The notes beneath the pieces are model-generated. The model did not search any database. It was given only the letters and a program-made list of their open reading frames with translations, and had not been told where the DNA came from. Below, one piece after another: positions 1-9,821 of a stretch of DNA of 32,000 nucleotides (position 1 is its first letter; every line of letters starts with the position of its first letter). The position numbers were made by a program, and so were the translations under genes. Source of the DNA: Demequinaceae bacterium (GTDB taxonomy: Bacteria > Actinomycetota > Actinomycetes > Actinomycetales > Demequinaceae); assembly GCA_965250005.1 (NCBI GenBank), contig OZ252279.1, positions 570,001-602,000 on the forward strand, written 5' to 3'.

Positions 1-708
1 CAACCGCGTCAAGGAATCCCGCGTCATCCGAGCGAATCTTGGCGAGCTCAAGGATCGCAGAGGCGGCATCTTCTGAAACGCCTTGCCCCGCAATCTCTTT
101 CGCAACGCCCTCGGGGCCGAGTTTCGCGAGTTTGTCGACGCTGCGAAGCGCGCCCGCGACATCCTCGACTCCGACGCCGGTGTAGAACCCCTCGACCAAC
201 TTGCGATTGTTGACGTGCATGCGCACGGGCGGGATCGGAAGCTTGGACAACGCGCTCGCCATCACCGCCGCGACCTCAACGTCAACGTGCAGAGGGAGCG
301 TCTCGCGGCCAACGACGTCGATATCCGCTTGGTAGAACTCCCGGAAGCGACCGTCCTGCGGCCGCTCTCCTCTCCACACCTTCTGTACCTGATAGCGGCG
401 AAATGGGAACTGGAGCTGGCCCTGAAACTCTTCCACGTACCGCGCGAAGGGCACCGTCAGATCGAAGTGCAGCCCGAGCTTTGATTTCTCCGCGCCGTCT
501 GAGTTGAGGCGACGCAGCGCATAGATCTCTTTTGCGGCTTCGCTATCCCCCGCCAGTCGACTCACCGGCTCAACCGCGCGCGTCTCAATTTCGGCAAATC
601 CGTGAAGCTCAAACTCGCCCCGAAGTACGTCGAGAATGTGCCGCTCAATGATTCTTTGTTGGGGCGTCCATTCGGGAAAACCAGACAGTGGGGCGGTTCG
701 GCTCATGG
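1..708 (-). CDS. hisS: Histidyl-tRNA synthetase, N-terminal part (3' end beyond window)
   Basis: Manual reverse-complement translation from ATG at 708 gives MSRTAPLSGFPEWTPQQRIIERHILDVLRGEFELHGFAEIETRAVEPVSRLAG...KLGLHFDLTVPFARYVEE, the class II HisRS N-terminus with the HFDLTVPFARY motif. Not in the supplied ORF list, probably because it runs off the edge. Confidence 0.93.
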
Positions 709-766
709 GCACATCCTTCCACCTCAACCCGCTTAGACTGTCGAGGCGACACCCACCGGAGGGCTG

Positions 767-1531
767 ATGTCTACGAAGAAGCAAGCGCGCGCGGCCGAAA
801 AGCGCCGCCACGAGCAACTGGCGGCAAAGGCCGAGAGTCGTTCGACGGCTCGCCAGCGCCGCATCAAAGTCGTTGGCGTCATTGCCGCGGTCGCCATCGT
901 CGGGAGCTTTGTTGGCTTTGGCGCTGTCGCGCTGTTCCCAACGGATTCAACAACGCCCGACGACGGAACCGATTCTGAGGGCGGAGCCACCGACCCCATC
1001 CCCGGCGAAGCCCCGGCGCCCAGCGTGGCCGAAGGCCGCGAGTGGACCGCCCAGATCGACACCAGCCAGGGCCCGCTTACCATCTCGCTTGACGGCTCTG
1101 CTGCTCCGCAGGCGGTGGCGTCCTTCGTCACCCTCGCGAAGGCCGGCTACTTCGACGGCACCACGTGCCACCGCCTGGTCACAGCGGGCATCTACGTTCT
1201 CCAGTGTGGCGACCCAACTGCCACTGGAACCGGCGGCCCGGGCTACAACTTTGGGCCCATCGAGAATGCCCCCGCAGACGACCTTTATCGTGCGGGTACG
1301 TTCGCAATGGCGCGTCAAGGCGGAGACGGCGAATCTATGGGAAGCCAGTTCTTCATCGTATTCGAGGACTCGGTCATTCCCTCAGACGGAGCCGGCGGCT
1401 ACACCGTGTTTGGCACTGTGACCGACGGCATCGCTATTGTTGAGACTGTCGCCAGAGAGGGCACCGTAACGGGTGGTCCTGACGGCGCGCCCGCCCTGCC
1501 CGTCGTCTTAAACGAGGTGTCCGTGTCATGA
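767..1531 (+). CDS. Cyclophilin-type peptidyl-prolyl cis-trans isomerase, membrane anchored
   Basis: 254 aa; N-terminal basic stretch plus one TM (VVGVIAAVAIVGSFVGFGAVALF), then cyclophilin core (AVASFVTLAKAGYFDGTTCHRLVTAG...GGPGYNFGPIE...GSMGSQFFIVFEDS). Confidence 0.9.
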   Translation: MSTKKQARAAEKRRHEQLAAKAESRSTARQRRIKVVGVIAAVAIVGSFVGFGAVALFPTDSTTPDDGTDSEGGATDPIPGEAPAPSVAEGREWTAQIDTSQGPLTISLDGSAAPQAVASFVTLAKAGYFDGTTCHRLVTAGIYVLQCGDPTATGTGGPGYNFGPIENAPADDLYRAGTFAMARQGGDGESMGSQFFIVFEDSVIPSDGAGGYTVFGTVTDGIAIVETVAREGTVTGGPDGAPALPVVLNEVSVS

Positions 1532-3090
1532 GTGCGTCTGAGTCCAAAGTTACCCCCGATGCAACCGAGGTTGCCGCGCCTGAGACCGCCGTAGTTGAGG
1601 AGAGGGAGCCTGCACCTGCACCTGCACCTGCACCTGCACCTGCACCTGCCGAGCCTGCACCCGCGGAATCTGCCGCACAGGACCCCGAGGACGCCGCTCC
1701 GAAGATTGCCGCAAACCCGGAACCTAAGACGAAGGCTGCACCCAAAGCAAAGGCAGCGCCGAAGCCTAAGCCCATGCCGCGCAAGGCATCCCCGGTAGCA
1801 CTGGCCGGCAAGCAGAAGCACCCGGTCAAGGTCCCGGTGGTGGCAGATATTGACGAGAAGCAGCTCAAAACTGCAGCAAAGTACGGGACCATCGAAGACG
1901 GCAAAGTTTTCGTCAAGGACGGTTCCGAACAACGTGAGGTTGGGCCTGTGGAGGGCGACGAGCCGCTCATGGCCTACGCGCGCAAGTTCTTCGAACACGA
2001 GGCCGCGCTCGAACGTTTCCACGGCCGCCTTGAAACCTCAGGGTTGTCCGTCCGCGACATCGAGTCGGGCCTCAAGAAGCTCGAGGCACCGCTCGAGAAG
2101 CCGGACTTTGTCGGCAGCATCCCTGCCTACCGCAAGCGCTTCAAGGCGATCCAGAAAAAAGCGATTGTCCTGCGTGACAAGCTTGCGGCAGAACGCGACG
2201 CCGCACGTGCGGTGGCAGTCGCCGAACGCGAAGAGATCGTCGCCAAAGCCGAAGCTCTCGCTGCCAAGCCGGAAAACTCGATTCACTGGAAGGACGACAC
2301 GGCCGCTCTTCGCGCCCTGCTTGACGCTTGGAAGACGGCGCAAAAAGACAGCGCCCGCGTTGGTAAGGAAGCCGAGAAGAATCTCTGGCAGCGATTTGCC
2401 CACGCACGATCCAGTTTTGAGAAGGTGCGCAAACACCACTTCGCGGAACTCGACAAGACCAATTCCGGCGTCGCTTCGAAGAAGGAAGATCTCGTGGCTC
2501 GGGCGGAAGCTCTCACCGGCTCCACAGACTGGGATAAGACCGCGCGCGCATTTCGCGACCTCATGGGCGAGTGGAAAGAAGCGGGCCGCGGCCGTCGCAG
2601 TACTGACGACGCCCTGTGGAAGCGTTTCCAAACAGCGCAAGACGGCTTCTTCGACGCGAAGCGCCAGGTGTCTGAGGCAGAGGAGAACGCGCTCGCGAGC
2701 AACGTGGAGGCCAAGGAAGCAGCGGTTAAGGCGGCCGAGGCGCTCCTACCCATCAAGGACGTGCGCAAAGCCAAGGACACGCTTCGTTCCATCCAGGATC
2801 GCTTCGAGGCCGCGGGTAGCGTTCCGCGCTCGGAGTCAGCGAAGCTCAACGGCCGCATGGGCGCGGTCGAACGGGCGATCCGAGAGATGGACGAGGCGGC
2901 CTGGACAAAGCACAGCCCCGAGCTCGAGGCTCGCGCGACCGGCGCGGCCGCGCAGCTCATCGCGAGCATTGCCGATCTGAACCAACAACTCGAAGACGCA
3001 GAGAAGGCCGGGGACGCGCGTGCGGCGAAGGACCTCAAGGACGCGCGCGACGCGCGCCAGTCCTGGCTGGATCAAATCCAAGTTTCGTAG
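1528..3090 (+). CDS. DUF349 domain-containing protein
   Basis: 520 aa; Ala/Pro-rich N-terminus then repeated helical DUF349-like units (ALLDAWKTAQKDSARVGKEAEKNLWQRFAHAR; LMGEWKEAGRGRRSTDDALWKRFQTAQDGFFDAK). ATGA overlap with upstream PPIase. Confidence 0.85.
   Translation: MSASESKVTPDATEVAAPETAVVEEREPAPAPAPAPAPAPAEPAPAESAAQDPEDAAPKIAANPEPKTKAAPKAKAAPKPKPMPRKASPVALAGKQKHPVKVPVVADIDEKQLKTAAKYGTIEDGKVFVKDGSEQREVGPVEGDEPLMAYARKFFEHEAALERFHGRLETSGLSVRDIESGLKKLEAPLEKPDFVGSIPAYRKRFKAIQKKAIVLRDKLAAERDAARAVAVAEREEIVAKAEALAAKPENSIHWKDDTAALRALLDAWKTAQKDSARVGKEAEKNLWQRFAHARSSFEKVRKHHFAELDKTNSGVASKKEDLVARAEALTGSTDWDKTARAFRDLMGEWKEAGRGRRSTDDALWKRFQTAQDGFFDAKRQVSEAEENALASNVEAKEAAVKAAEALLPIKDVRKAKDTLRSIQDRFEAAGSVPRSESAKLNGRMGAVERAIREMDEAAWTKHSPELEARATGAAAQLIASIADLNQQLEDAEKAGDARAAKDLKDARDARQSWLDQIQVS
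1609..1649 (+). repeat. Hexanucleotide tandem repeat (CCTGCA)x6 plus a partial seventh unit, encoding an (Ala-Pro)n tract
   Basis: Read directly: cctgcacctgcacctgcacctgcacctgcacctgcacctgc. Translates as PAPAPAPAPAPAPA. Confidence 0.97.
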
Positions 3091-3152
3091 GAGTTCTCCC
3101 CAGTATTGCCACCGCACTCGCACTCTTACCCGCGCGACGGCATGGTTACTAC

Positions 3153-3710
3153 ATGCCCATCGTGAGCCGCGAAAGCGTTGGCGGAGCCGCATTCGACAGA
3201 ATGATCAGGGACCATACGATCGCGCCTCTCACGCTGCGCACCGCGACGCCTCTCGACATCCCGGCGTCGCCTCATGACCGTGCAGCCGCGATCGCCTCGG
3301 CGGTGCCCGGACACACTGTTTTGTCGTCACTCGCCGGAATCTGGGTGCTGCTAGGCGGCGCTCGGCCCGGCGTCCTCGATCTGGTGGGGCGAAGAGGGCT
3401 GCACCGCGCTGCGCCCGGCACACGCCTGCCCGGCTGGGAAATCGAGTTTCATGCAGGGCGCGCGATTGACGAGGAGTGCATATCGCTGGGTGAGGTCCGG
3501 GTCGCGAGCGTCGAGCGCTGCGCCGCGGACGCCCTGCGGTGGCGAGACTTGGGCGCTGCCTTGGGGCGCGTCGTTGCGCTGGTCCGAACTGGAGCCGTGA
3601 ACCCACACACAGTTGAGGAACTTGTGTTCGCCGAGGACTCCCGTGGCTTTGGCGCGGCTCGTCAGCGCAGCGCGTGGGCGGCTACCACGGCGTCCGCTTT
3701 TCCCCAGTGA
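3153..3710 (+). CDS. Hypothetical protein (possibly related to AbiEi-like/type IV TA-type actinobacterial proteins; weak)
   Basis: 185 aa ORF in the gap between the DUF349 gene and rel; actinobacterial-style composition (HTVLSSLAGIWVLLGG...GEVRVASVERCAADALRW). Overlaps the 3' end of rel by 29 bp, tail to tail. Confidence 0.5.
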   Translation: MPIVSRESVGGAAFDRMIRDHTIAPLTLRTATPLDIPASPHDRAAAIASAVPGHTVLSSLAGIWVLLGGARPGVLDLVGRRGLHRAAPGTRLPGWEIEFHAGRAIDEECISLGEVRVASVERCAADALRWRDLGAALGRVVALVRTGAVNPHTVEELVFAEDSRGFGAARQRSAWAATTASAFPQ

Positions 3711-5940
3711 TACGCCGCACGTCATAGACGCCGTCGATGCTCCGCACAGCCTCGAGAACAGCGCCGAGGTGCGACGGGTCGGCCATCTCGAATGAGAAGG
3801 CAGAGAGCGCGACGCGCTCGCGATTGGTGGAGACACTCGCGGACAGAATGTTGAGGTGGTAGTCCGACAGCACTTGCGTCACGTCAGAGAGCAGCCGCGC
3901 GCGGTCAAGCGCCTCGACCTCGATCTGCACCAGGAACAGCGAGCTGGCTTTCCCGGTCCAGGACACGTCAACGAGCCGCTCCTTCTGCTCGCGCAGAACC
4001 CGCAGGTTGTCGCAGTTGCTGCGGTGGATGCTCACGCCGCTTCCGCGGGTAACGAACCCCTCAATCGTGTCTCCCGGAACCGGGGTACAGCACTTGGCGA
4101 GCTTCACCAGGACGTCAGACAATCCGTGCACGGCCACGCCAGGGTCGCCTAGCCTGCGGCGGGCTGGACGCACTCCCGGCCGCGTGCTCTCGGTGATGTC
4201 CTCCTCGGCGCCTTCTTTCCCGCCGACGGCCTCCACCATCCGGGCCACGACGTCTGATGCCTGTTCCTTGTGCTCGCCGATGGCCGCGTAGAGCGTCTCG
4301 ACATCGTCGTAGTGCATCCCGTTGGCCAGCGCGAGGAGCACTTGGCGGTTCATCATCCGCTGGATTGGCAGGTGCTGCCGACGAATGGCTTTCGCGAGCA
4401 TGTCTCGACCGGTGTCAATGCTCTCCTCGCGGCGTTCGCGAGTGAACCAGTGGCGGATCTTGTTGCGTGCGCGCGTAGTCTGCACAAACTCGAGCCAGTC
4501 TCGCTTGGGGCTGGCCGCCTCGTCGCTGGACGTCAGCACCTCGACGGTGTCGCCGTTTTCTAATCGCGAGTCGAGCGGCACCAGTCGGCCATTGACGCGT
4601 GCGCCAATAGTCTTGTGCCCCACGTCCGTGTGCACTGCGTAGGCGAAGTCGACGGTGGTGGCATCTTGCGGCAACGCGAGCAACTTGCCTCCGGGCGTGA
4701 AGACGTACACCTCGGCGCGCGAAATCTCGCCGCGCAGCGCATCAAGAAACTCGCTCGCATCTGCCGTCTCCTGCTGCCAGTCCGCGATCTGGCGCAGCCA
4801 ACCCATCTCTGCGGGCGCGTCCCCTCCGCTCTGGCCAGACTTGTCTCCCTGCTTGTAGCGCCAGTGAGCCGCGAGTCCGTACTCGGCCCGGCGGTGCATT
4901 TCCTGCGTGCGGATCTGCATTTCGACAGCCTTGCCCTCTGGCCCAATCACGGTGGTGTGCAGCGACTGGTAAAGGTTGAACTTGGGCGTCGCTATGTAAT
5001 CCTTGAACCGACCGGGGACGGGCTGGTAGCGCGCGTGCATCGCGCCAAGCACCGCGTAGCAGTCGCGGATGGACTCGACGAGGATGCGCACCCCGACCAG
5101 GTCGTAGATGTCACCGAGGTCACGCCCGCGCACAATCATCTTCTGGTAGACGGAGTAGTAGTGCTTGGGCCGCCCGGTCACTTCGGCCTTGATCTTCATC
5201 TCTTGCAGAACGCCTACGACTTCTCCGCTGACTGCGGCGAGCAGCTTGTCGCGTTCAGGCGCGCGCTCGGCAACGACGTCCACAATCTCTTGGTAGATCT
5301 TGGGATAGAGCGTCTTGAACGACAGGTCCTCGAGCTCCCACTTGATGGTGTTGAGCCCCATCCGGTGCGCGAGCGGCGCGTAAATCTCGAGTGTCTCTTG
5401 CGCCTTGAGCCTCGCGCTCGCTTCCGGGACAAACTCCCAGGTGCGCGCGTTATGCAGGCGATCCGCGAGCTTGAGCAGCAGCACGCGGATGTCTTTAGCC
5501 ATCGCGACGACCATCTTGCGAACGGTTTCCGCTTGCGCAGTATCGCCATATTTGACCCGATCGAGCTTGGTCACGCCGTCGACGATCATGGCGACTTCCT
5601 CGCCAAAGTCGGTGGTGACCCGTTCGAGCGTGAGGTCGGTATCTTCGACTACGTCGTGCAGGAGCGCCGCCGCGACCACGGTCTCCGGCAGCCCCAACTC
5701 TGCGATGATGACTGCCACCGACAGCGGGTGCGTGATGTACGGCTCGCCCGACTTGCGCTTCTGGCCCTCGTGAGCGAGCGCCGCGGCCGCGTACGCCCGT
5801 TCGATGAGGGCGGTCTTCGCCTTGGGGTTGAGCTTGCGGTATGCAGCAAGTAGCGTGTCAAACTCCGTGACCTCAGGCTTGGAGCGCCGGAGAAAACTAA
5901 GCGGCCCTGACGGCGGGATGGGCGCGTGCGTATCTGTCAT
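3682..5940 (-). CDS. rel: Bifunctional (p)ppGpp synthetase/hydrolase, RelA/SpoT family
   Basis: 752 aa; HD hydrolase motif (HDVVEDTDLTLE), synthetase region (YHSVYQKM/YDLVGVRILVES), TGS (VYVFTPGGKLLALPQDATTVDFAYAVHTDVGHK) and C-terminal ACT region. Confidence 0.98.
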   Translation of the reverse strand: MTDTHAPIPPSGPLSFLRRSKPEVTEFDTLLAAYRKLNPKAKTALIERAYAAAALAHEGQKRKSGEPYITHPLSVAVIIAELGLPETVVAAALLHDVVEDTDLTLERVTTDFGEEVAMIVDGVTKLDRVKYGDTAQAETVRKMVVAMAKDIRVLLLKLADRLHNARTWEFVPEASARLKAQETLEIYAPLAHRMGLNTIKWELEDLSFKTLYPKIYQEIVDVVAERAPERDKLLAAVSGEVVGVLQEMKIKAEVTGRPKHYYSVYQKMIVRGRDLGDIYDLVGVRILVESIRDCYAVLGAMHARYQPVPGRFKDYIATPKFNLYQSLHTTVIGPEGKAVEMQIRTQEMHRRAEYGLAAHWRYKQGDKSGQSGGDAPAEMGWLRQIADWQQETADASEFLDALRGEISRAEVYVFTPGGKLLALPQDATTVDFAYAVHTDVGHKTIGARVNGRLVPLDSRLENGDTVEVLTSSDEAASPKRDWLEFVQTTRARNKIRHWFTRERREESIDTGRDMLAKAIRRQHLPIQRMMNRQVLLALANGMHYDDVETLYAAIGEHKEQASDVVARMVEAVGGKEGAEEDITESTRPGVRPARRRLGDPGVAVHGLSDVLVKLAKCCTPVPGDTIEGFVTRGSGVSIHRSNCDNLRVLREQKERLVDVSWTGKASSLFLVQIEVEALDRARLLSDVTQVLSDYHLNILSASVSTNRERVALSAFSFEMADPSHLGAVLEAVRSIDGVYDVRRITGEKRTPW

Positions 5941-5973
5941 GGGCGCCTCCTCCCAACGGTCGTGGGTACCAGT

Positions 5974-7062
5974 TTACGACCGACGCTTGCGGCGAGGTTG
6001 CGCCGTCTGACCCCTGTGCGCGCCAGGCTTGAGTGCCCCTACCTTGACCTGACCGTCCGCCTTGACCACAACGTTGGCGCCACCGGACTCGCGCAAGCGC
6101 AAAACTTCTTCAGTGTGCTTGACTATGCGGTCCTCGTTGCGGCGCAGCGAGACTTCGAGAGGGGTCGCGACGAAGATCGACGAGTAGGTTCCAACCGCCA
6201 TGCCGACGAACAGCGCGAGCGCGATGTCCTTGAGCGTTCCAGCGTTGAAGAGCAGCGCGCCGATGAATAGGATCGCGCTCACGGGCAGCAGCGCCACCAC
6301 TGAGGTGTTGATCGAGCGAACGAGCGTCTGATTCACCGCGAGGTTCGCGAGCTCCGCGTACGTATACCGATGCTGAGCCGTCACTGCCTGGGTGTTCTCC
6401 TTGACCTTGTCGAACACCACCACCGTGTCGTAGAGAGAGTAGCCGAGGATGGTAAGGAACCCGATCACCGATGCGGGCGTGACCTCGAAACCAATCGCGG
6501 CGTAGATGCCGACGGTGAAGAGCAGGTCGTGAGCGAGTGCGACGAGCGCGGCGACCGCCATGCGCCAAGCGCGGAAGTACGCAGTCATCACTATCGAGAC
6601 CAGTACCAGGAAGATGACGAGTCCTTGAATAGCTTTGGCGCTCACGTCGGCGCCCCATGTCGGACCGATGATCGACGTGCTGACATTGTTGGTCGCGTCG
6701 ACGTTGTACACCTCGGCAAGAAGGTCGCGAAGCTCGCGGCTCTCGTCAGTTGTCAGCTCTCCTAGCTGAACGCGAATGTTCTCATCACCCAGGACCGTGA
6801 CGCGGGGCTCGTCGTCAGGCTTGACCTGCGCGACGGCGTCGGCGGCGAGGTCCTGGCTGGTGTCGGCCACACCCGAGATCACGTACTGGCTGCCCCCGCG
6901 GAAGTCGATTCCAAAGTTGAAGCCGAGCGTGAGCATCAGGCCAATCGAGATGGACATGAGAAGCGCTGAGATCGCGAACCAGCGTCCCCGGCGCGACACG
7001 ATCGCATAGGTCCGGTCGCCTGAGTGCAGCGCGTTGCCCCAACGGGCCAGGCTGAATACCAT
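5974..7062 (-). CDS. secF: Protein translocase subunit SecF
   Basis: 362 aa; GIDFRGGSQYVI, multiple TM segments, VIGFLTILGYSLYDTVVVFDKVKEN motif. Confidence 0.97.
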   Translation of the reverse strand: MVFSLARWGNALHSGDRTYAIVSRRGRWFAISALLMSISIGLMLTLGFNFGIDFRGGSQYVISGVADTSQDLAADAVAQVKPDDEPRVTVLGDENIRVQLGELTTDESRELRDLLAEVYNVDATNNVSTSIIGPTWGADVSAKAIQGLVIFLVLVSIVMTAYFRAWRMAVAALVALAHDLLFTVGIYAAIGFEVTPASVIGFLTILGYSLYDTVVVFDKVKENTQAVTAQHRYTYAELANLAVNQTLVRSINTSVVALLPVSAILFIGALLFNAGTLKDIALALFVGMAVGTYSSIFVATPLEVSLRRNEDRIVKHTEEVLRLRESGGANVVVKADGQVKVGALKPGAHRGQTAQPRRKRRS

Positions 7063-8687
7063 TACGCGACTCCTTCTGAGGCCGATGCCTTCTTCTCGGC
7101 GAGCGTGGGCCCGCCACTACGGACGCGCCCCCTGCCCTTATAGATTGCTTCCCGGCCGAGCTGACGCGGGTCGAAGCCTGACAGCACGTGCCCACCACCA
7201 AAGAACTTGGTGCGTGCGAGCAGGACGAGCAGCGGGTGGGTGAAGACGAACACGACAAGCACGTCGATGACGGTAATGAGGCCGAGCGTGAAGGCGAAGC
7301 CTCGCACGCCGCCGACCGCAGTTGAGTACAGGACCACCGCCGCGAGCAGGCTCACCGCGTCAGAGGCAAGGATTGTGCGGCGTGCACGCGCCCACGCGTG
7401 CTCGACGGCCGACGCCAGGGAACGCCCGTCACGCAGCTCGTCTCGGACGCGTTCAAAGTAGACGATGAACGAGTCCGCGGTGATACCAATCGCCACAATC
7501 AAACCAGCCACGCCGGCGAGACTGAGCCGATATCCAATCCCCCAGGACAACAGCCCGATGGTGCCGTACGTCAAGGCCCCCGCAATAATCAGCGAGGACA
7601 CGGTGACGAGCCCGAGCGCGCGATACTGGAAGAGCGAATAGACGACGACGAGGATGAGCCCGATTAGTCCTGCGAGAAGACCGCGCTGGAGCTGCTCCGG
7701 GCCGAGCGTCGCCGAGACCTGGAGCGTGCTCTGAACCTCGAGCGTGAGCGGTAGTGCGCCGAAGCGCAGCTGGTTGGCGAGGTCTTCCGCCGACTCGGGC
7801 GTGGTGAAGTTTCCACTGATCTGGGCCGAGCCCCCGGAGATGTGGGCTTGCACGCTCGGCGCTGATATGACTACCCCGTCGAGCACCATTGCGAACCTGT
7901 TGCGGTCCCCCGTCAGATCAAAGAGGCGGCGGGTGATGTCGCTAAACGCTCCCGAGCCGTCTCCGGTGAACTCGATGCGCACCTCGTAACTGTTGGGAAC
8001 GACGATGCCGTTGCCACGCAGTTCCGGCCCGGAGTTGGCCGTGTCGATGTCCAGGCCCCCCAGTTCGACTGGACCGAGGATGTACTTTTCGAGTCCGAAC
8101 TCTTGGCACGTCACCGCGGACAGGTCGGAGGGTTGGTCTTGTACGCCAACAAGGTTTGCGGGGTCCGTGCAGTCCAGCGCGATAAAAGCAGCCTTGGCGT
8201 CTTCAGTGATCCACTCGTACGAGGAAAACGTGCCGTCCGCGACCGTCGGTTGGTTTTCTAGCGGCTCGATCACGGTGGTCTGAGAAGCGCCGCCTACATA
8301 GAGCACCGGCCGAAACTGCAGTTGCGCCGACTTGCGGACCAGGTCGAGGGTCGCGTCGGAGGGCGTCCCCGGCAGCGCGACAACCACGTTGCGTCCACCC
8401 TGCGTGCTGACCTCTGCCTCTGCCACACCAGAGGCGTCGACGCGGCGACGGATAATCTCCACCGTCTGGTTCAGGACTTCCTCGGTAATCTCCGTGCCGT
8501 CGTCGGACGCTGGCTGCAGAATAATCTGCGTTCCACCCGCGAGGTCGAGCGCGAGGCCCGGCGTCCACTTCTGGTCGTTGCCATATACGCCGAGCGCAAG
8601 GGCCCCTGCGAGCGCGGCGATAATGACCGCGAGTGAGACGAGCGCATTCGTTGCGCGCTTCGATGCTGACGACACGTGCTTCCCCAA
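7062..8687 (-). CDS. secD: Protein translocase subunit SecD
   Basis: 541 aa; GLDLAGGTQIILQP, VVRRR-type region, AGVAGLIVAIGITADSFIVYFERVRDELRDG motif; stop overlaps secF start (TAATG). Confidence 0.97.
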   Translation of the reverse strand: MGKHVSSASKRATNALVSLAVIIAALAGALALGVYGNDQKWTPGLALDLAGGTQIILQPASDDGTEITEEVLNQTVEIIRRRVDASGVAEAEVSTQGGRNVVVALPGTPSDATLDLVRKSAQLQFRPVLYVGGASQTTVIEPLENQPTVADGTFSSYEWITEDAKAAFIALDCTDPANLVGVQDQPSDLSAVTCQEFGLEKYILGPVELGGLDIDTANSGPELRGNGIVVPNSYEVRIEFTGDGSGAFSDITRRLFDLTGDRNRFAMVLDGVVISAPSVQAHISGGSAQISGNFTTPESAEDLANQLRFGALPLTLEVQSTLQVSATLGPEQLQRGLLAGLIGLILVVVYSLFQYRALGLVTVSSLIIAGALTYGTIGLLSWGIGYRLSLAGVAGLIVAIGITADSFIVYFERVRDELRDGRSLASAVEHAWARARRTILASDAVSLLAAVVLYSTAVGGVRGFAFTLGLITVIDVLVVFVFTHPLLVLLARTKFFGGGHVLSGFDPRQLGREAIYKGRGRVRSGGPTLAEKKASASEGVA

Positions 8688-8741
8688 AGTTCGGTGGATT
8701 GCTCCTTAGAGCCCAGCCAATCTTAGGTGGTTAGCGCAGGG

Positions 8742-9821
8742 TCAGTCGAACAGGCGCGAGTTAGCGTCGCCAATTGAGTTTGCGGCCGCTGGATCGAGGC
8801 CGAGGTGTTCAAAGCCCGCAGGCGTGGCGATACGGCCCCGTGGGGTCCTGCTGACCAGTCCCTCGCGCACCAGGAAGGGCTCGGCCACGGTCTCAACGGT
8901 CTCGGCTTCCTCGCCCACCGAGACCGCCAAAGTGGACAGCCCGACGGGGCCGCCCTGGAAGCGCGTGCACAGCGCGCCGAGCACCGCTCGGTCGAGCCGG
9001 TCAAGACCGCGCTCGTCCACCTCGTAGACCTTGAGTGCGGCGTGGGCGGCATCGATGGTGCCGAGACCTTGACCGTGGATCTGCGCCCAGTCGCGGACGC
9101 GACGCAGCAGGCGGTTGGCGATACGCGGCGTTCCTCGGGACCTCCCCGCAATCTCTGCGGCGGCATCGGCGTTGATCTTGAAACTGAGCAGCCCCGCGCT
9201 GCGCGTCAGTATCGCGCGAAGCTCGTCCTCGTTGTAAAAGTCCAGGTGACCGGTGAAGCCGAACCGGTCGCGCAGCGGCGCGGGGAGCAGCCCGGCGCGC
9301 GTGGTCGCGCCAACGACGGTGAAGGGCGGCAGGCTCAGGGGAATGGACGTCGCGCCGGCGCCCTTACCTACTACTACGTCCACACGGAAGTCTTCCATCG
9401 CGAGGTAGAGCATCTCCTCTACCGGGCGAGCGAGCCGGTGAATCTCGTCAACGAAGAAGATGTCGCCTTCGCTGAGTGAGGACAGGATCGACGCCAGATC
9501 GCCTGCGTGCTGGATGGCCGGGCCCGACGTCACACGCATGGTGGCGCCCATCTCCCCCGCCACAATCATCGCGAGCGTAGTTTTGCCCAACCCGGGAGGG
9601 CCCGACAGCAGTACGTGGTCGGCGGTCGCTCCCCGCGCCTGGGCCGCCCGGAGCACGAGTGACAGTTGAGCTCGCACCGCTTCCTGCCCGACAAACTCGT
9701 CGAGATTGGTCGGCCGCAACGCTGCCTCGTTCGATCGCTCGATCGCATCCGCATCGGCGTCGATGAAACGTTCGGGCGCGGTCTCGTGCGGATCCGTCTC
9801 TACCTCGCGGTTGTCATCCAC
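8742..9821 (-). CDS. ruvB: Holliday junction DNA helicase RuvB
   Basis: [19 protein letters not shown], Walker [17 protein letters not shown]-terminal winged helix [17 protein letters not shown]. Track ORF runs to 9869; a GTG at 9821 ([10 protein letters not shown]...) is a more plausible start. Confidence 0.96.
   Translation of the reverse strand: MDDNREVETDPHETAPERFIDADADAIERSNEAALRPTNLDEFVGQEAVRAQLSLVLRAAQARGATADHVLLSGPPGLGKTTLAMIVAGEMGATMRVTSGPAIQHAGDLASILSSLSEGDIFFVDEIHRLARPVEEMLYLAMEDFRVDVVVGKGAGATSIPLSLPPFTVVGATTRAGLLPAPLRDRFGFTGHLDFYNEDELRAILTRSAGLLSFKINADAAAEIAGRSRGTPRIANRLLRRVRDWAQIHGQGLGTIDAAHAALKVYEVDERGLDRLDRAVLGALCTRFQGGPVGLSTLAVSVGEEAETVETVAEPFLVREGLVSRTPRGRIATPAGFEHLGLDPAAANSIGDANSRLFD

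Noticed and set aside
1609-1649. Possible CRISPR or phase-variation ON/OFF switch at the hexamer repeat
   Set aside because: Unit is 6 nt with no spacers, so not CRISPR; a multiple of three cannot shift the frame.
1595-1798. 67-aa ORF MRRGSLHLHLHLHLHLHLP...
   Set aside because: Alternate-frame reading of the CCTGCA repeat inside the DUF349 gene; His-Leu repeat is a by-product.
4615-5853. 412-aa plus-strand ORF antisense to rel
   Set aside because: Composition (many R/H/L/E, no recognisable domain) and complete overlap with rel indicate a GC-driven shadow ORF.
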